A stretch of 64,000 bases of DNA, from assembly GCA_964016885.1 (NCBI GenBank), contig OZ024740.1, positions 72,788,001 to 72,852,000 of the forward strand, read 5' to 3'. The position numbers and the translations under genes were made by a program. Source of the stretch: Eledone cirrhosa. Taxonomy: Eukaryota. The notes beneath the pieces were generated by a model that was not told the DNA's origin, did no database searches, and saw only the letters and a program-made list of their open reading frames with translations. Of this stretch, positions 14,947 through 30,701 are shown one piece after another (the stretch's first letter is position 1; every line of letters starts with the position of its first letter).

Positions 14947-15964
14947 CAAACAGTAGGACGAACATTTTGTCACTAAAAAATAAGTGATACATGTAAAGGG
15001 AAGTTAACAATTTTTGTGTGGTTTTGACTAAAATGACTCTTCCAATATATAATTACTTTAGTTTCAACACAGTCTCAGATCAAGTCACTTGCCAGACATG
15101 TACAACTGTGGTTAAAATGACCCTTCAACAACGTAATTATTTTAGTTTCAAATCATTGTGGCTAAAATGACTGTTCTATGATGTAATTGTTTTAGTTTCA
15201 ACATAGTCTCAGATCAAGTTAATTGCCAGACATATACAATACCAAAACATATTTTAATTTAAAAAGTAGGAATTTAGGGAATACAAAAGATAAGATATAT
15301 TATATTGAATGATATATTATATTTAATGAAACATGGTTAAATTTAAAGAAACATGGTTAAATTTAAAGAAACATGGTTAAATTTAAAGAAAAATATAACA
15401 AAGCATTAAAAAGACACCTTCGGTCATTAAAGAGACCCTCCAAGTGGCCCTCCGAGCAACAAGCGTAAGTTTTTGTAGAAGACCTGCAGTCGTCCGTACA
15501 TACAACTTTCTTTTCTCAACACCACCGATGTTGTCCACGAGAAAGGCAATGGCCGATACAGCTTGGCACCAGTGACGTCGCAACGCATTTATACACAGTA
15601 TATATTCATTATATAAAAACTATATATACTCTATACATGCACAAAATATACACACTATGTATAATTTTGTCCAAAGAAATGCTTGGCACCAGTGATATCG
15701 CAACTCATTTCTACAGCTAAGTGAACACACAACGCACGGCCCGATCCGAGAATCGAACTCAAAACCTCTTGATTGCAAATTCACCCCTCTAACCACTAAA
15801 CCACATGCTTTCATTGTAACTAGGCATTAATTATCTGTAAACTAAATTTGAACATTTTTCTTTTAAAATAGAAAATAGGGATATAGTTTAAGGAAATCAG
15901 TGTCTAAATCAATGTTGACATATTTTGGTAAAATTGTACCAGTAATTTCTTCCGTGCCATGACA

Positions 15965-16235
15965 CTCATATCAATTTTACCATAATACTGATATCTTTTT
16001 TTTCCCATGATATTGATATATATTGATATATACTGTGATATCTATTTCATCATAATACTGATATATATTTAACCATGATAGTGATATTATTTCATCATAG
16101 TACTGATATATATTTAACCACAATACTGATATCGTTTTACCACAGTAGTGATATCTTTTTACCATAATACTGATACATATTTAACCGTAATAGTGATATC
16201 ATTCTACCGTAATACTGATACCTGTTTACCATATT
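15965..16235. repeat. Tandem repeat of about 22-24 bp (TTTACCATAATACTGATATC)
   Basis: About 11 degenerate copies. Confidence 0.8.
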
Positions 16236-18664
16236 TACTTTGAATTTACAGGCGTAAAGAAAATAAAACTGTGTGTATGAATGGCATGACACACACGCTC
16301 ACACACACACACACACACACACGTACGCACACACGCACACATGCACACACCTGCATACACATACATACACGTGCACACACAGGCATGTACGCACATGCAC
16401 CCATACACATAGTCACACACACACATGCAAATACGCATACTCACACACATACACACATGTACACACATGCACATATATACACACATATACATACACACAT
16501 ACACGCATTAATATATACATTGGTATTTATTCTATTGACCTCTCTCTCACTCCGTCGGAATGTTGGGTGTGGAAAATCGACTTCGGTAAAAATTGAACAA
16601 GGAACGTAAAGAAATGTAACTAAATACCACAGGAATTGTGTTCAGCACTCTACTAGTTCTACCAACCCTCTCTTACTTAAACCTTCACTAGTGGTAAGAA
16701 ACTTTCAGGAGAACTGTACAGGAGAAGGTCTTCAGAGAAGAAACCCCTCTCAAGCAAGTGTTTCAGACCTTAACTTCTTAACTTGACACCATCGTGGCTT
16801 AGAGCTACCTGATACCTGTTGTTGTGGTTGGACCTCCGTCGGTTCCGACGATGAGTGCGCCAGTTGTTAGATCAACCGAACAGCCTGCTCATGAAATGAA
16901 CGCGCATGTAGCTGAGCATTGCACAGACACGTGCACCATAGCGTAGTTGTCAGTGAGATTCTGCATGACACAGTATGTTCAGAAACATTTTAAATAGCAA
17001 ATTGTGATAAATGTTATGTGAAGTTTAGTTGTGGATATGTAACGGAATGGACCTCAGTCAGTTTCAACGATGAGTTTTTCAGTAGATCAATGGATTAGCC
17101 TGCTCATGAAATTAAGATGTTAGGAGCTGAGTATTCTACAGACACGTGTACCCTTCAATGTAATTCTCAGCAGGGAGATTCAGCTTGACACACTATGTGA
17201 CAAGGCTGGTCTTTTGAATTACAGGTACAATTCAATAGACTAGAGCTACGTGAAATAAAGTATCTTGTTCAAGGACACAACTCACCACCGAGAATGGAAC
17301 TCATGACCTTACGATCGTAGGCCGAACATCCTAAACACTAAACCACGCGCCTTCATACCTGAAGCTAATGAAATTGGTACATTTATCAATGAGATGAATT
17401 ATACATTACATTCTGTGATCTTTGACACAAGCTTTGTTAATTTAAAAGGAACTCATTTCATAACTCTTTCTACTTTTCACACAAGGCCAGAAATTGGAAA
17501 AGGAAGTGAAAGCCGATTAAATGGACACCAATGCATTGTGTGACACCTCACACCTATGCAAGTTTAGCTGGCCTCCTCCAAGGTATATCTCGTCGGAGGT
17601 GTCTTGGGTGATTTAATTATAGGGACCCAGGTCCTATCATCTCATTTCTACAGCTGAGTAAACTGGGGCAACGTGAAATAAAGTGAAATAATGCATTACT
17701 GGTATTTTATTTTATCGACTTCGTAAGGATGAAAAGCAAAGCTACCCTCGACGGGATTTGAACTCAGAACGTAAAGAGTAGTACAGTTTCTTAATAGCAT
17801 CTAGAAATCTCAAACATTTAATGCTGAACGGTCACAATACTGGTAGTAGAATCAACTTTATCATATACAGGGGTTCGCCGTGACTGCAGGTTTTGCTTGT
17901 CGAGGCTTACTTAAACAGTGAATGAAAATAGAATTTGTAGATATTTCTACATTCAAAACTGTGTAAAAGGTATGAGGATGGAGGAGATTTATTTATGTGA
18001 GACGGCTGTCAAATTGTTGTAATAAATTAAATCTTAGTTTTTTGGAGTTGAAAAGACCCTTAATTAGATACAGCCAAGGAATAAAATATTCTAGAAATAG
18101 TTGTTAATATAGTGTAAGTAAACTAGGATTGTGTAGCGGTTTGGATATATGAAGCATATTTATATTAGAAACCTGAAGGGTATTTAAAGTGGTATCTTAA
18201 TGGCCAATTAAAGTTGAATGTGAGTAGTGAGTAACTATTTTGGAAGGAGTGTTTCGAGAGTGTGTGTATATGTATGTGTGCGTGTGTGTATGTGTGCGTA
18301 TGTATATGTGCGTGGGTATGTGTGCTTGTTTGTATGAGATAATTACTACACATATGTGTGTGTATATATGGGTATTAAGCGCTCAATAAAATTATTTACA
18401 TGCTGATTAGACAATGCACGCATGAACAGTAGAAATGTGCAAATTGGTATACTGCGCAACATTTAATACTAATATCTGAAAACATTCTTCACTTCCACAT
18501 ATAAGATCAACTGTCAATTTGTTTAAAACTTGATTTATTCAACACCCACACTCTTTTAATACCACTAATAGGAAAACTGACACATCTTTATCCGCAGATA
18601 TAAGGGTTATAAAATCTTATACTAATAATTACATATCTTACAAAATCCTACCACAGACCAAACC

Positions 18665-18825
18665 ATACTAATAGGATATTTAAAAAACTCCGCTAATTTT
18701 ATATCACAGTATCACATGAAATTGTATTTTTAAAACAAAACTGACTAATAGGATATTTAAAAAAACCCGCTAATTTTATATCACAGTATCACATGAAATT
18801 GTATTTTTAAAACAAAACTGACTAA
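18665..18825. repeat. Tandem duplication of about 76 bp
   Basis: ACTAATAGGATATTTAAAAAA...AAAACAAAACTG occurs twice. Confidence 0.9.
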
Positions 18826-19829
18826 ATATACATTCTGAATTGATATCGTTCTGCAGATATCGAGATTACAGAACACTGAAATATTATAATCCCATTCATT
18901 TCCCTAGTAAGCAACCCTGCTCCCATTCAACACTACGTACCATATACTTTATATGAAATTCACCTTCGTTAAAAGCGAGTGGATTCATTCTAATTTGATA
19001 TATTATGTTCTTCATTTATACTTAGATTTGGACGCAAAATACCGAATGGTAAAAAAAAATCCGCTTTGGAATCATTAAGTTCCGGGTTCGATACAACCAT
19101 GTGGAATCTTAGGCAAATATCGATCCATACCTTGTGAGTGAAATTAGATAGACGGAAAATACTTGCAAGCCCGTCGGTTGCACCTCACCTGTAATTCAAA
19201 AGCCATCTTTATCACGTACTATGTCAAGCATATACGTTTCTGTGGAATGCTCAGCCATCTAACCGTTAATTTCATGAGTAGGCCGTTCCGTTGATCCAAC
19301 AATTGGAATACTCACTGTTGAAACCAGCAAAGGTCTATCCCATTCCAGTACTTATATTTATATGAATCCAGTGTTACATATATTTGAATATATTTTACAT
19401 CCTATGAAAATCAAGAGAAGACATTTCACATTTTCTAACATTAACATTATTGGTGCTGAAATGCCAATTTAAAAAGTTAAACATTCTGGTACCGGAGTTA
19501 ATTAAAAATAGCTCATTAATAAGCTTCATGCCATAGATGAAGTTCATAACATATCAATTAATATATTGCAATCTGGGACTGCCTCATACCAACATAACAG
19601 CTTTTTTTGCTGGCAGTCCCTGAATCGATAGTGGACTGAATCTAATTTTCAATTTTCTATTTTCTTTTCTTTATCTTCCATTATATGTTTGGGTTAAACG
19701 TAATCCTGTTAAGTAATTCTGTGGATGTCGCCTGATGAGATCGCCTTGTCTTGCATCATAATTGGATCATGGAACTCGGCCGAAATATGTATAGTGATTT
19801 CGCGGAATTAAAATTCTAAAGCAAATTTT

Positions 19830-19972
<143 letters not shown>

Positions 19973-20151
19973 AATCTCACCCAAGGTAATTCTATCTCGT
20001 GTTATTATTTTTATGTTTACGCTCTTTCCTACGTTCCTCTACACACTATACATCTCATTCTACATTCCCTTACATCTCTCTCTTCACCACCGGATTCTGT
20101 TACCTGGAGATTTACCCATCTGCATTGTTGAGGCTTCCAAAACGGCCCAAA

Positions 20152-20241
<90 letters not shown>

Positions 20242-20399
20242 CAAAATGGAGACATTCACATAATCAAAATATATGTTTTATTATATATATTTCGAAGGTA
20301 CTGTGTTGTTTTTTCAGTACGTCCTCGTCAGATAAAATACATGAATTGTTGTATGACATACCTCAACGGTCTTGATGGTTCAATATTGATGGTTCAATA

Positions 20400-20524
<125 letters not shown>

Positions 20525-20534
20525 CATATGGAAA

Positions 20535-20577
<43 letters not shown>

Positions 20578-21307
20578 CATATGGAAAATTTAAATATATA
20601 TATATAGTTATATTATACATATATATTTTAAATTTCTCTCATATCTATATGTATATCTGTAATCTATCTATCTATCGATATACCTATCTCTTAAGAGATA
20701 TATAGATAGTCAGAGGGAGAGAAAGGGGAGAAGAGAGGGTGAGTGAGTGTGTAAGAAACTGAAATTTATATACTCCATTTTACAGGCCAAATTTTGTATT
20801 TCATGAAAAAAAAACAAAAAAAACAGGAAAAAACAAAACTAAACCAACTATCAAAAGGGAAAAAGAAAAAGAAAAAGAAAAAGAAAAAGAAAAAGAAAAA
20901 GAAAAAGAAAAAGAAAAAGAAAAAGAAAGAATATGAAAAAGAAAGAAAAAGAAAGAAAAAGAAAGAAAAAGAAAGAAAAGGAAAGAAAAAGAAAAAGAAA
21001 TATAAGAATAAGGAAGAGTCAGAAGGAAAACTCGAAGAAAGGCGACTGAAAAACATGAAGCAACAACGTCGAAAATCCAAAACCAAGATAAACAAAGTAG
21101 AAATGGTAAGAAATGGTAAGAAATGGTAAGTATTTGATCTGTGGAGGTTTTCGGCTAAGAATGAAGGATTCACTTTAGAGTTGATTGAGAAAACTATGTT
21201 CTTTGCCTGTTTAGAAGAATATTTTGGGGAGAAAATACATAACATAGAAAAAAAAAAAAAAAAAAAAAATCATTTGGAAATGTCTTGTATGTAGTGTTAT
21301 GGTTACT

Positions 21308-21339
<32 letters not shown>

Positions 21340-21805
21340 TGTATGTATGTATGTATGTATGTATGTATGTATGTATGTATGTATGTATGTATGCGTGTAT
21401 GTGTGTATGTATGTGTGTATGTATGTATCTATGTATCTGTATGTATGTATGTATATTTGTATGTATGTTTGTATGTATGTTTATATGTATGTATGTATAT
21501 TGTATGCATGTGTCGTACGTATATATGCATGTGTGTGTATGTATGTATGAACGTACGTACGTATGTATGCATGTAAATATGTATGCGTGTGTGTGTATTT
21601 ATTTATGTATGTATTCATGTAAGGTGAGTGTGTGTACATGTATATACGAATGTATGTGTATATATTGTATGTATATGTGTTGTATGTATGTGTAGATATG
21701 TATGGCTGCATATTTATATATCCATATATTTATACATTTATGATTAATGTTTACATTCATATATATGCATATGCCTACTACATACACACAAATATATAAC
21801 ACCCC

Positions 21806-21861
<56 letters not shown>

Positions 21862-22326
21862 TTAGTTGGAGCCACAAGAAAATGATCATGATCCGAGGTA
21901 GAGTTAAGAATTTTTTTTTTCAAAATCTTTATATCTTTATATCTCTATCTTTATATATGTATATATGTATATCTTTATATATGTATATATGTATGTGTGT
22001 ATATATGTATATGTGTATATCTATATATATTTATATCCTTATATGTTTATATCTCTATATCTTTATAACTTTATATCTGTATATCTACGTATCAATCTTT
22101 TTCCTCAGATATCCTCGTCGAAAGTGATGTTTAGAGTCGCTTAATTAGCGTATTGTGCAGTCCAAACGAATTGCCTCTGGCCACGCTCAGATCTTTTCCG
22201 CGGTTATCTGCTCTTGGTTGGTTTCAACCTCTCACCATTTTGTAGTACTTCTTCTTCTGCCGACGACCCCATAGACTGTTAGTCTGTTTGTCTGTCTGTC
22301 GGTCGTCTTTGGAGAAAGAGAAAGAG

Positions 22327-22441
<115 letters not shown>

Positions 22442-22871
22442 GAGAGAGAGAGAGAATGAGAGAGAGAGAGAGAGCAGGTCACTATAGTGCTCTCAACTTG
22501 CTGCTTAACTATACAACTATATAACTATACGAACGGTTTCTTTTTTGTTGTTATTTGTTTTCACATGGCCCAAGGAGACATATATCTCTCTTCATTATTT
22601 CTATTGATCAACTTTGACATTGCAAGTCAGTGTGGAAAAATATAAAGAAGAAGAAGTAGCAGTAGTAGTAGTAGTAGTAGAAGTAGTAGTAGAAGAAGAA
22701 GAAGAAGAAGAAGAAGAAGAAGAAGAAGAAGAAGAAGAAGAAGAAGAAGAAGAAGAAGAAGAAGAAGAAGAACAAGAAGAACAAGAAGAAGAAGGGGTAG
22801 GGAGATGAGGAGGAAGTTAGTAAGTAACATAGTTAAGTTCAAGGATAGATTTCATTTTTAGGAGTGTATGG

Positions 22872-22941
<70 letters not shown>

Positions 22942-23048
22942 GTATATATATATATATGTATATAAACATACGTGTATGTGTGCGTATATATATATATAAA
23001 CATACGTGTATGTGTGTATATATATACATATGTATATAAACATACGTG

Positions 23049-23126
<78 letters not shown>

Positions 23127-23929
23127 CACGTATGTTTATATACATATATTTATATATATATATGTATATATATAAAGAGAGAAAGAAAGAGTCTATATAT
23201 AAAGATAGATGTCTATAGCTATGTAGAATGACGTAGACTGTCACTAAAATTTAAATTTAGAACGTAAAATGAATATTTGAAAAATGTTAAATTATATGGA
23301 GGTTTATTGAGTTAAAGTAAGAAGAAATGGTCAAACTATTGTAGTCGTTCACGTGACCTCCCGCTGACAAGGAAAGAAAACATATATTTCTTACTGAACA
23401 TATCCATCTTAAAACGAAATTTCAAATGAGAAAAAAAAAAGAAAAAAAAAAGGTTAAAATAAAATAAAAAATATAAAATAAAATAAAATGGAAATATTTA
23501 AATATATCCAGTAATGAAATCATAAAATTATTTCTTCAATTTCTTAATTATTATATATTAAACATATGTGATATCAACACCACCATCATCAACACCCTCA
23601 TTGCCATCTCCACCACAACCATTACAGTCACAATCTTCACCATCATAAACATGATTGTGATTATCATCACCATCATTGTCATCACATTCGTTACCATTGC
23701 CATCACCATCACCATCACCATCATTGTCATCACCATCACCATCACCATCATTACTTTCCCTCTCATCATCTCCATCATCTCCATCACCTTCAACTTTACC
23801 ATCACTGTATTTTTCATCACCATCAACATCATCATCATTGCTATCAGCATCAGCGTCACCACCATCACTACCGCGTTGATGATGACTAAAACGCCGATGA
23901 CGACAATAGGGAAATCCAGCAACAACAAC

Positions 23930-26062
23930 AATAACACCACCACCACCACCATCACCGCCACCACCACTACCTCCCCCATCACTACCATCACCACCACCAC
24001 CACCACCACCACCACCATCACTACCATCACCACCACCACTACCACCACCACCACTACCCCCATCACTACCATCACCACCACACCACCACCACCACCACTA
24101 ACAACAACAACAACACCACCACCACTACCATCACTACCACCACTACCACCACCACCACCACCACCCCCATCACTACCATCACCACCACACCACCACCACC
24201 ACCACTAACAACAACAACAACACCACCACCACTACCATCACTACCACCACCACCACCACCACCACCACCACTAACAACAACACCACCACACCACCACCAC
24301 CACCACTATCACCACCACACCACCACCACCACCACTATCACCACCACACTACCACCACCACTACCATCACTACCACCACCACCACCACCACTACCCCATC
24401 ACTACCATCACCATTACACCACCACCACCACCACTAACAACAACACCACCACACCACCACCACCACCACTATCACCACCACACCACCACCACCACCACTA
24501 TCACCACCACACCACCACCACCACTACCATCACTACCACCACTACCACCACCACCACTACCCCCATCACTACCATCACCACCACACCACCACCACCACCA
24601 CTAACAACAACAACAACACCACCACCACTACCATCACTACCACCACTACCACCACCACCACCACCACCACCCCCATCACTACCATCACCACCACACCACC
24701 ACCACCACCACTAACAACAACAACAACACCACCACCACTACCATCACTACCACCACCACCACCACCACCACTACCCCCATCACTACTATCACCACTACAC
24801 CACCACCACCACCACTAACAACAACACCACCACACCACCACCACCACCACTATCACCACCACACCACCACCACCACTACCATCACTACCACCACCACCAC
24901 CACCACCACCACCACTACCCCCATCACTACTATCACCACCACACCACCACCACCACCACTAACAACAACACCACCACACCACCACCACCACCACTATCAC
25001 CACCACAACACCACCACCACTACCATCACTACCACCACCACCACCACCACCACCACCACTACCCCCATCACTACTATCACCACTACACCACCACCACCAC
25101 CACCACTAACAACAACACCACCACACCACCACCACCACCACTATCACCACCACAACACCACCACCACTACCATCACTACCACCACCACCACCACCACTAC
25201 CCCCATCACTACTATCACCACTACACCACCACCACTAACAACAACACCACCACACCACCACCACCACCACTATCACCACCACCACCACCACCACCACTAC
25301 CCTCATCACTACTATCACCACCACACCACCACCACCACCACTATCACCACCACAACACCACCACCACTACCATCACTACCACCACCACCACTACCACCAC
25401 TACCCCCATCACTACTATCACCACCACACCACCACCACCACCACTAACAACAACACCACCACACCACCACCACCACCACTATCACCACCACAACACCACC
25501 ACCACTACCATCACTACCACCACCACCACTACCACCACTACCCCCATCACTACTATCACCACTACACCACCACCACCACTAACAACAACACCACCACACC
25601 ACCACCACCACCACTATCACCACCACAACACCACCACCACTACCATCACTACCACCACCACCACTACCACCACTACCCCCATCACTACTATCACCACCAC
25701 ACCACCACCACCACCACTAACAACAACACCACCACACCACCACCACCATCACCACCACAACACCACCACCACTACCATCACTACCACCACCACCACTACC
25801 ACCACTACCCCCATCACTACTATCACCACTACACCACCACCACCACTAACAACAACACCACCACACCACCACCACCACCACTATCACCACCACAACACCA
25901 CCACCACTACCATCACTACCACCACCACCACCACCACCACTACCCCCATCACTACTATCACCACCACACCACCACCACCACCACCACTAACAACAACACC
26001 ACCACACCACCACCACCACCACTACCACCACCACACCACCACCACCACTACCATCACTACCA
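23930..26062. repeat. CAC-based satellite with higher-order units of about 100 bp
   Basis: Recurring CTAACAACAACACC, CTACCCCCATCACTAC and CTACCATCACTACC blocks. Confidence 0.95.
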
Positions 26063-26246
26063 CTAGAACTGTTTCATTGGTTTGTTTGAAATCATCTGGA
26101 CATTACTTGTGGCTTCAAATGATTGAAACAGTTCTAGCCCTGTAGACGTCATTTCTATATAAAATATTGTTGTATATTCTCCATTAATATGCCTAGTTAA
26201 ACTGTTGTTCTCTTCGTTCCTCTTCGGGAAGCCATTTTAATATGTA

Positions 26247-26310
<64 letters not shown>

Positions 26311-26312
<2 letters not shown>

Positions 26313-26748
26313 CGATATTAAACAAATGTAAACTATATTTATAAAACCATATTTATTTCATTATATATATTTCAGGGATACCATATTACAAATATGGTAT
26401 GCCTTCCTCAGACAAAATATAATATATAAACCGTTTTATAAATAAATTTGACATACCTAGAACAGTGCAACTTCCATTTAAAAAGTTTTTAAATGGAAGT
26501 TGCACTGTTCTAGGTATGTCAAATTTATTTATAAAACGGTTTATATATTGTATTTTGTCTGAGGAAGGCATACCATATTTGTAATATGGTATCCCTGAAA
26601 TATATATAATGAAATAAATATGGTTTTATAAATATAGTTTCCATTTGTTTAATATCGTAAACCTACTCCAAAATCTGTTGAGTGCTTTTATATCAGTTAT
26701 AAAATATTTACCCGTTGTAACCCTACAATTTTAAATAAAACTTTTGCA
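26311..26748. mobile_element. Fold-back hammerhead element, family A, copy 1
   Basis: 349-bp palindrome 26311-26659 centred at 26485. CTGAGGA (26559), stem, GAAA (26597) and TATATA occur in each arm. The long arm ends AAAACTTTTGCA before TA repeats. Confidence 0.85.
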
Positions 26749-26764
26749 TATATACATATATATA

Positions 26765-26864
<100 letters not shown>

Positions 26865-27410
26865 TGTGTGCGTGTGTGTGTGTGTGTGTGCGCGCGCATG
26901 TATGTAGTTGTATGTATAGAATAAAAAATATTATAGTCCGACTCTAACAGACTTAATATAGACATTAGACTATATCAAGTCTTGGATATCGATATAATAT
27001 CGATATGTTATCGCTATCAATATCGATATCGTATCAGCAGTTTTGTGACTTTTTCTGATTTTCTATCGGTTTCATGATATCTGAAATTCATCTGAGATTG
27101 AGTTCATGTTTCCAATCTTTGATTCCATCAAAACTTCTGTTCCTTTGAAGTATCCATTGTAGAGAATATGAATCCTGTTTAAAGATTTTACTAGTTATTT
27201 GATATTTCTTTGATTTTGATTATAAACGTCAAGATAAAACATAACGAAAACAACGTCTGTTGTAAATGTGTGCTGCTTTTAAAGACTAAATACTTTTATA
27301 TATTTTTGGTTAGGTTTTGTTTTTGTTTTGTTTGTATGATGGTTTGTTTGTTTTATTACGTGTTTGACTGATTGAAATAATATTGTACAATATTTCTCTA
27401 TTATATATAT

Positions 27411-27444
<34 letters not shown>

Positions 27445-27449
27445 CACTC

Positions 27450-28035
27450 TTTTACTATTACCTGTTCCAGCCATTCGGCTGAGGCCATGCTGGGGCACCG
27501 CCCTTGTTGCTACACATTTTACCTCCAGCCTGTATTGGTTGACCACTGGTGCAAGAGGGAGTTCGTTGCTGCTGCCTTAGGTTTCCCTCGTACCTTGCTG
27601 TGGGCTCATCCGGAATCCTGGATAGCAAGGTGTCGAGATGTTTCTTGAAAACATCAACGTCCACACCATGCAGATCTCTCAGATCCCTCGGCGCTTGTTG
27701 ATGAGTTGAGGGCCTTTGAACCCCAGGCTATTACAATATCTTCTCCTTATTCTAGATGTGGAAGATGGGACTTTTGGCACCACACAGTGACGTCCTGTTC
27801 AGGGGTTGGTCCAGCTCCCAATGCCAAAGTTTGGTGCTAGTCCCTCCAGGATTTTCCACATGTAGATCACTGCGTATCTCTCCCGTCTTCGTTCCAAGGA
27901 GTAGAGGTTCAGTTCTTTTAGCCTCTCCCAGTAGCTTATCTCCTTCATCGTCGCAATCCTCTTGGTGTAGCTTCTCTGGATTGTCTCAAGTTCCGTGGTT
28001 AGTTTGACACTATGGCGTGACCACAGGTGGGACCA
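27450..28035 (-). mobile_element. CR1-clade LINE 3' fragment
   Basis: LETIQRSYTKRI...SYWERLKELNLYSLERRRERY..IYMWKIL and FKKHLDTLLSRIPDEP form a typical CR1-group RT C-terminus. It is flanked by (TA)n. Confidence 0.85.
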
Positions 28036-28489
28036 AATATATATATATATATATATTATAGAGAAATGTTGTACAATGTATATATATATGTATGTATAAA
28101 TGTATATATATATTTCCATATATGGTTGACGACTGAGCGAAAGAGTACTCAATACCAAAGTAGAGTTTAAATATTCATTTTATTAAGACTAAGTACTGAG
28201 TGTTACTCTAGAGTTTCGCTTGTTACTAGCGTTCGCTATTTTGGGGACAACTTAATGATCTCATCCACCCAGAACTTAGTATGTTTCTCGGTCATGAACT
28301 GGTCGAGGTGGTTATTTGCAATCTTCTAAAATATCGAAATTCTTCCCATTAAGAAAATTATGTAGGAATCGGAATAGATGATAATCCGAAGGTTCAAGGT
28401 CAGGTGAATACGGTGAGTGCAGTAGGATATCTCAGACAAGCTGCACCTCTTTCTGCCGGGTCTGCAAAGAAACCTGTGGTCTATCGACG

Positions 28490-29576
28490 TATGACCACAC
28501 CCTTGTGGTTTGCCAATTCTGAACGTTTTTCATCGATTATCTCCTATAATTGGTCTAATTGAGAACAATAATAGTTTGAATTTAACGTCTGATTTCGTGG
28601 AAGCAACTCATACTATATAATTGTTTCTACGTTTGGCACAAGACCAGCAATTACCCAGTACATTACTGGTACTTTATTTTATCGACCCCGTAAGGATGAA
28701 AGGCAAAGTTAACCTCGGCGGGATTTGAACTCAGAATGGCAAGGGCCGTAACTCTATGCCTCAAAGCATGGCGTCCGTCCATCTACAATCCACCGCCCTC
28801 ACTCAAACTATATAATCCCATCAGATACAAAGCATTCCCTTCTTCATATACTGACTGGCTTTTGCAATGGTTGAAGGTGGTTCATTTCGTTTTCTTCAAA
28901 CTATTTTACGCTCCACATTGTTGTAAACAATCCATTTCTCATCACTCCTGATCATTCTTTTCAAAAATGGATTATCTTTATTTCGTTTGAACAGAGAATC
29001 GCAGATATCGCGTTCTATTAAATTGTTTTCCGTTAAATTATGAGACAGCCAAACATCAATTCACGTAACCAAGTGTTTTCGAGTACCTTGTAATGCTCAT
29101 ATGAGATATGTGTAATATATCTGAGATATCTCGCGTTGTGTTATTTTCTAATTGTTTTTTTAAAAATTTATTTATTTATTTATTTTTTTTTTTATTAAAG
29201 TCTCGATTTGGTCATTATCAATGATTAAAAGCCCACTTGAACGTGCACGGCCTTAGAGGTCAACATTTTTTACTCTAAACCTAGGTAACCACTTGCAAAT
29301 AGTAGTATCAGTTACGACACCATCTCCATAAACAACACATGTTTTTCGAAGTTTGTGCAGCATTTTTTCCTTTCCGGAAATAAAAAGCATCAAATGACGA
29401 AATGCAGCTCATTTCCCTCCATTTTCAATTTTATTGTAAAAACTGTAGAAATAAATATTCTGCACAATATTCAGATAGTAAAATGCATTGAGATTTTCTC
29501 TGACATATATGTTATATGCTTCTGTCATATGATTAAACACAACCAAGAGAAAAACGGAACGAACTTTTGTTACAAC

Positions 29577-29582
<6 letters not shown>
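28490..29582 (-). mobile_element. Degenerate mariner transposon interrupted by a SINE
   Basis: TIR TATTAGGTTGTAACAAAAGTTCGTTCCGTTTT at about 29551-29582. Broken frames give HFRHLML..RKGKNAAQ, VWLSHNL (WVPHEL-like), SDEKWIVYNN and YELLPRNQTLNSNYYCSQL. Confidence 0.85.
28622..28800 (-). mobile_element. tRNA-derived SINE family 1 (Meta-domain-like) with target-site duplication
   Basis: B-box GAGTTCAAATCC plus the core GCCTTTCATCCTTACGGGGTCGATAAAATAAAGTACCAG. ACTATATAAT is duplicated at 28612-28621 and 28807-28816. Other copies lie near 12320, 17700, 30160, 41170, 50800, 57180, 57670, 58580, 60560, 60870 and 63400. Confidence 0.85.
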
Positions 29583-29641
<59 letters not shown>

Positions 29642-29721
29642 AAAAAACCGAGTTAAAAACTCACATTAATCCCCTATAATTTAATTAGCTCAAGGAATAG
29701 ATTCCGAGCTCTTTATAAATC

Positions 29722-29788
<67 letters not shown>

Positions 29789-30154
29789 TTGTATGTGAGG
29801 TGTGTGTGTGTAATAAATATATACATTTATATTTATTATATATATGCACAGAGAGATACTAATCTCCTTATAATATATAACCACCAATTTCTCTGTCTGT
29901 CTGTCCGACAGTGGTAACACGTGCGCGCGTGGTTGCTATCTCTCTCTCTCTCTCCAGCTATCCCTCTCTTTTAGTCTGTCTGTTTCTCTCGCTCTCACTC
30001 TTTCTCTTTGTAACACACTAACATTCCTCCCCTCTATCGCTGTGACGAATGGGGAGATGGAGGAGGAGGAGGAGGAGGAGGAGAGAGTCACTTCGTCACT
30101 TCACCTCTGCCTTTCTTTCTCTCCCCTCTCACTCCCTCATTACGTACAGACATT

Positions 30155-30350
30155 AGGGCGGTGGATTGGCAGAATCTGTAGAGAGTCGGACACCATGCTT
30201 CATAGCATGGAGTTACGTCCCTTTACGGTCTGAGTTCAAATACCGCCGAGTTTAACTTTGCCTTTCATCCTCACGGGGTCGATAAAATAAAGTACCAGTA
30301 ATGTACTGGGTAATTGCTGGCCTTGTGCCAAAAGTAGAAACAATTATTAG
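30155..30350 (+). mobile_element. SINE family 1, near full length
   Basis: GGGCGGTGGATTGGCAGAATC head, GAGTTCAAAT B-box, and the shared core and tail. Confidence 0.85.
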
Positions 30351-30464
30351 AAACATTGCTTCATTTTTACATATCTAAGCATTAGTAAAATAACTAATAA
30401 TTTCAAAAGTACTTTTTCAATTCCAATTGTTATGAACAGCAAAACATTAATAATAATTTTGTTC

Positions 30465-30668
30465 TAAGAAATATATATACATTTCTGTGTGTGTAATATA
30501 TATATATATACACACACAGAAATATATATACATTTCTGTGTGTGTAATATATATATATATACACACAGAAATATATATACATTTCTGTGTGTGTAATATA
30601 TATATATATACACACACAGTCATATATATATATACACACAGAAATATATATACATTTCTGTGTGTGTA

Positions 30669-30701
<33 letters not shown>

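Noticed and set aside
19733-19797. CTGATGA...GAAATATGTA as a hammerhead
   Set aside because: No convincing helix II adjoins GAAA, helix I does not pair, and there is no second copy in the window.
20794-21129. Lys-rich ORF and other low-complexity ORFs (YI, HT, CV, poly-E, poly-L)
   Set aside because: They are translations of microsatellites.
22236-22272. Possible first exon on the minus strand (MGSSAEEEVLQN then G|GTGAGA)
   Set aside because: The phase-1 donor is incompatible with the phase-2 LIM2 acceptor, no LIM1 exon was found in between, and there is no homology support.
30155-30250. tRNA genes at SINE heads
   Set aside because: A and B boxes are present, but there is no cloverleaf and they are followed by the SINE core.
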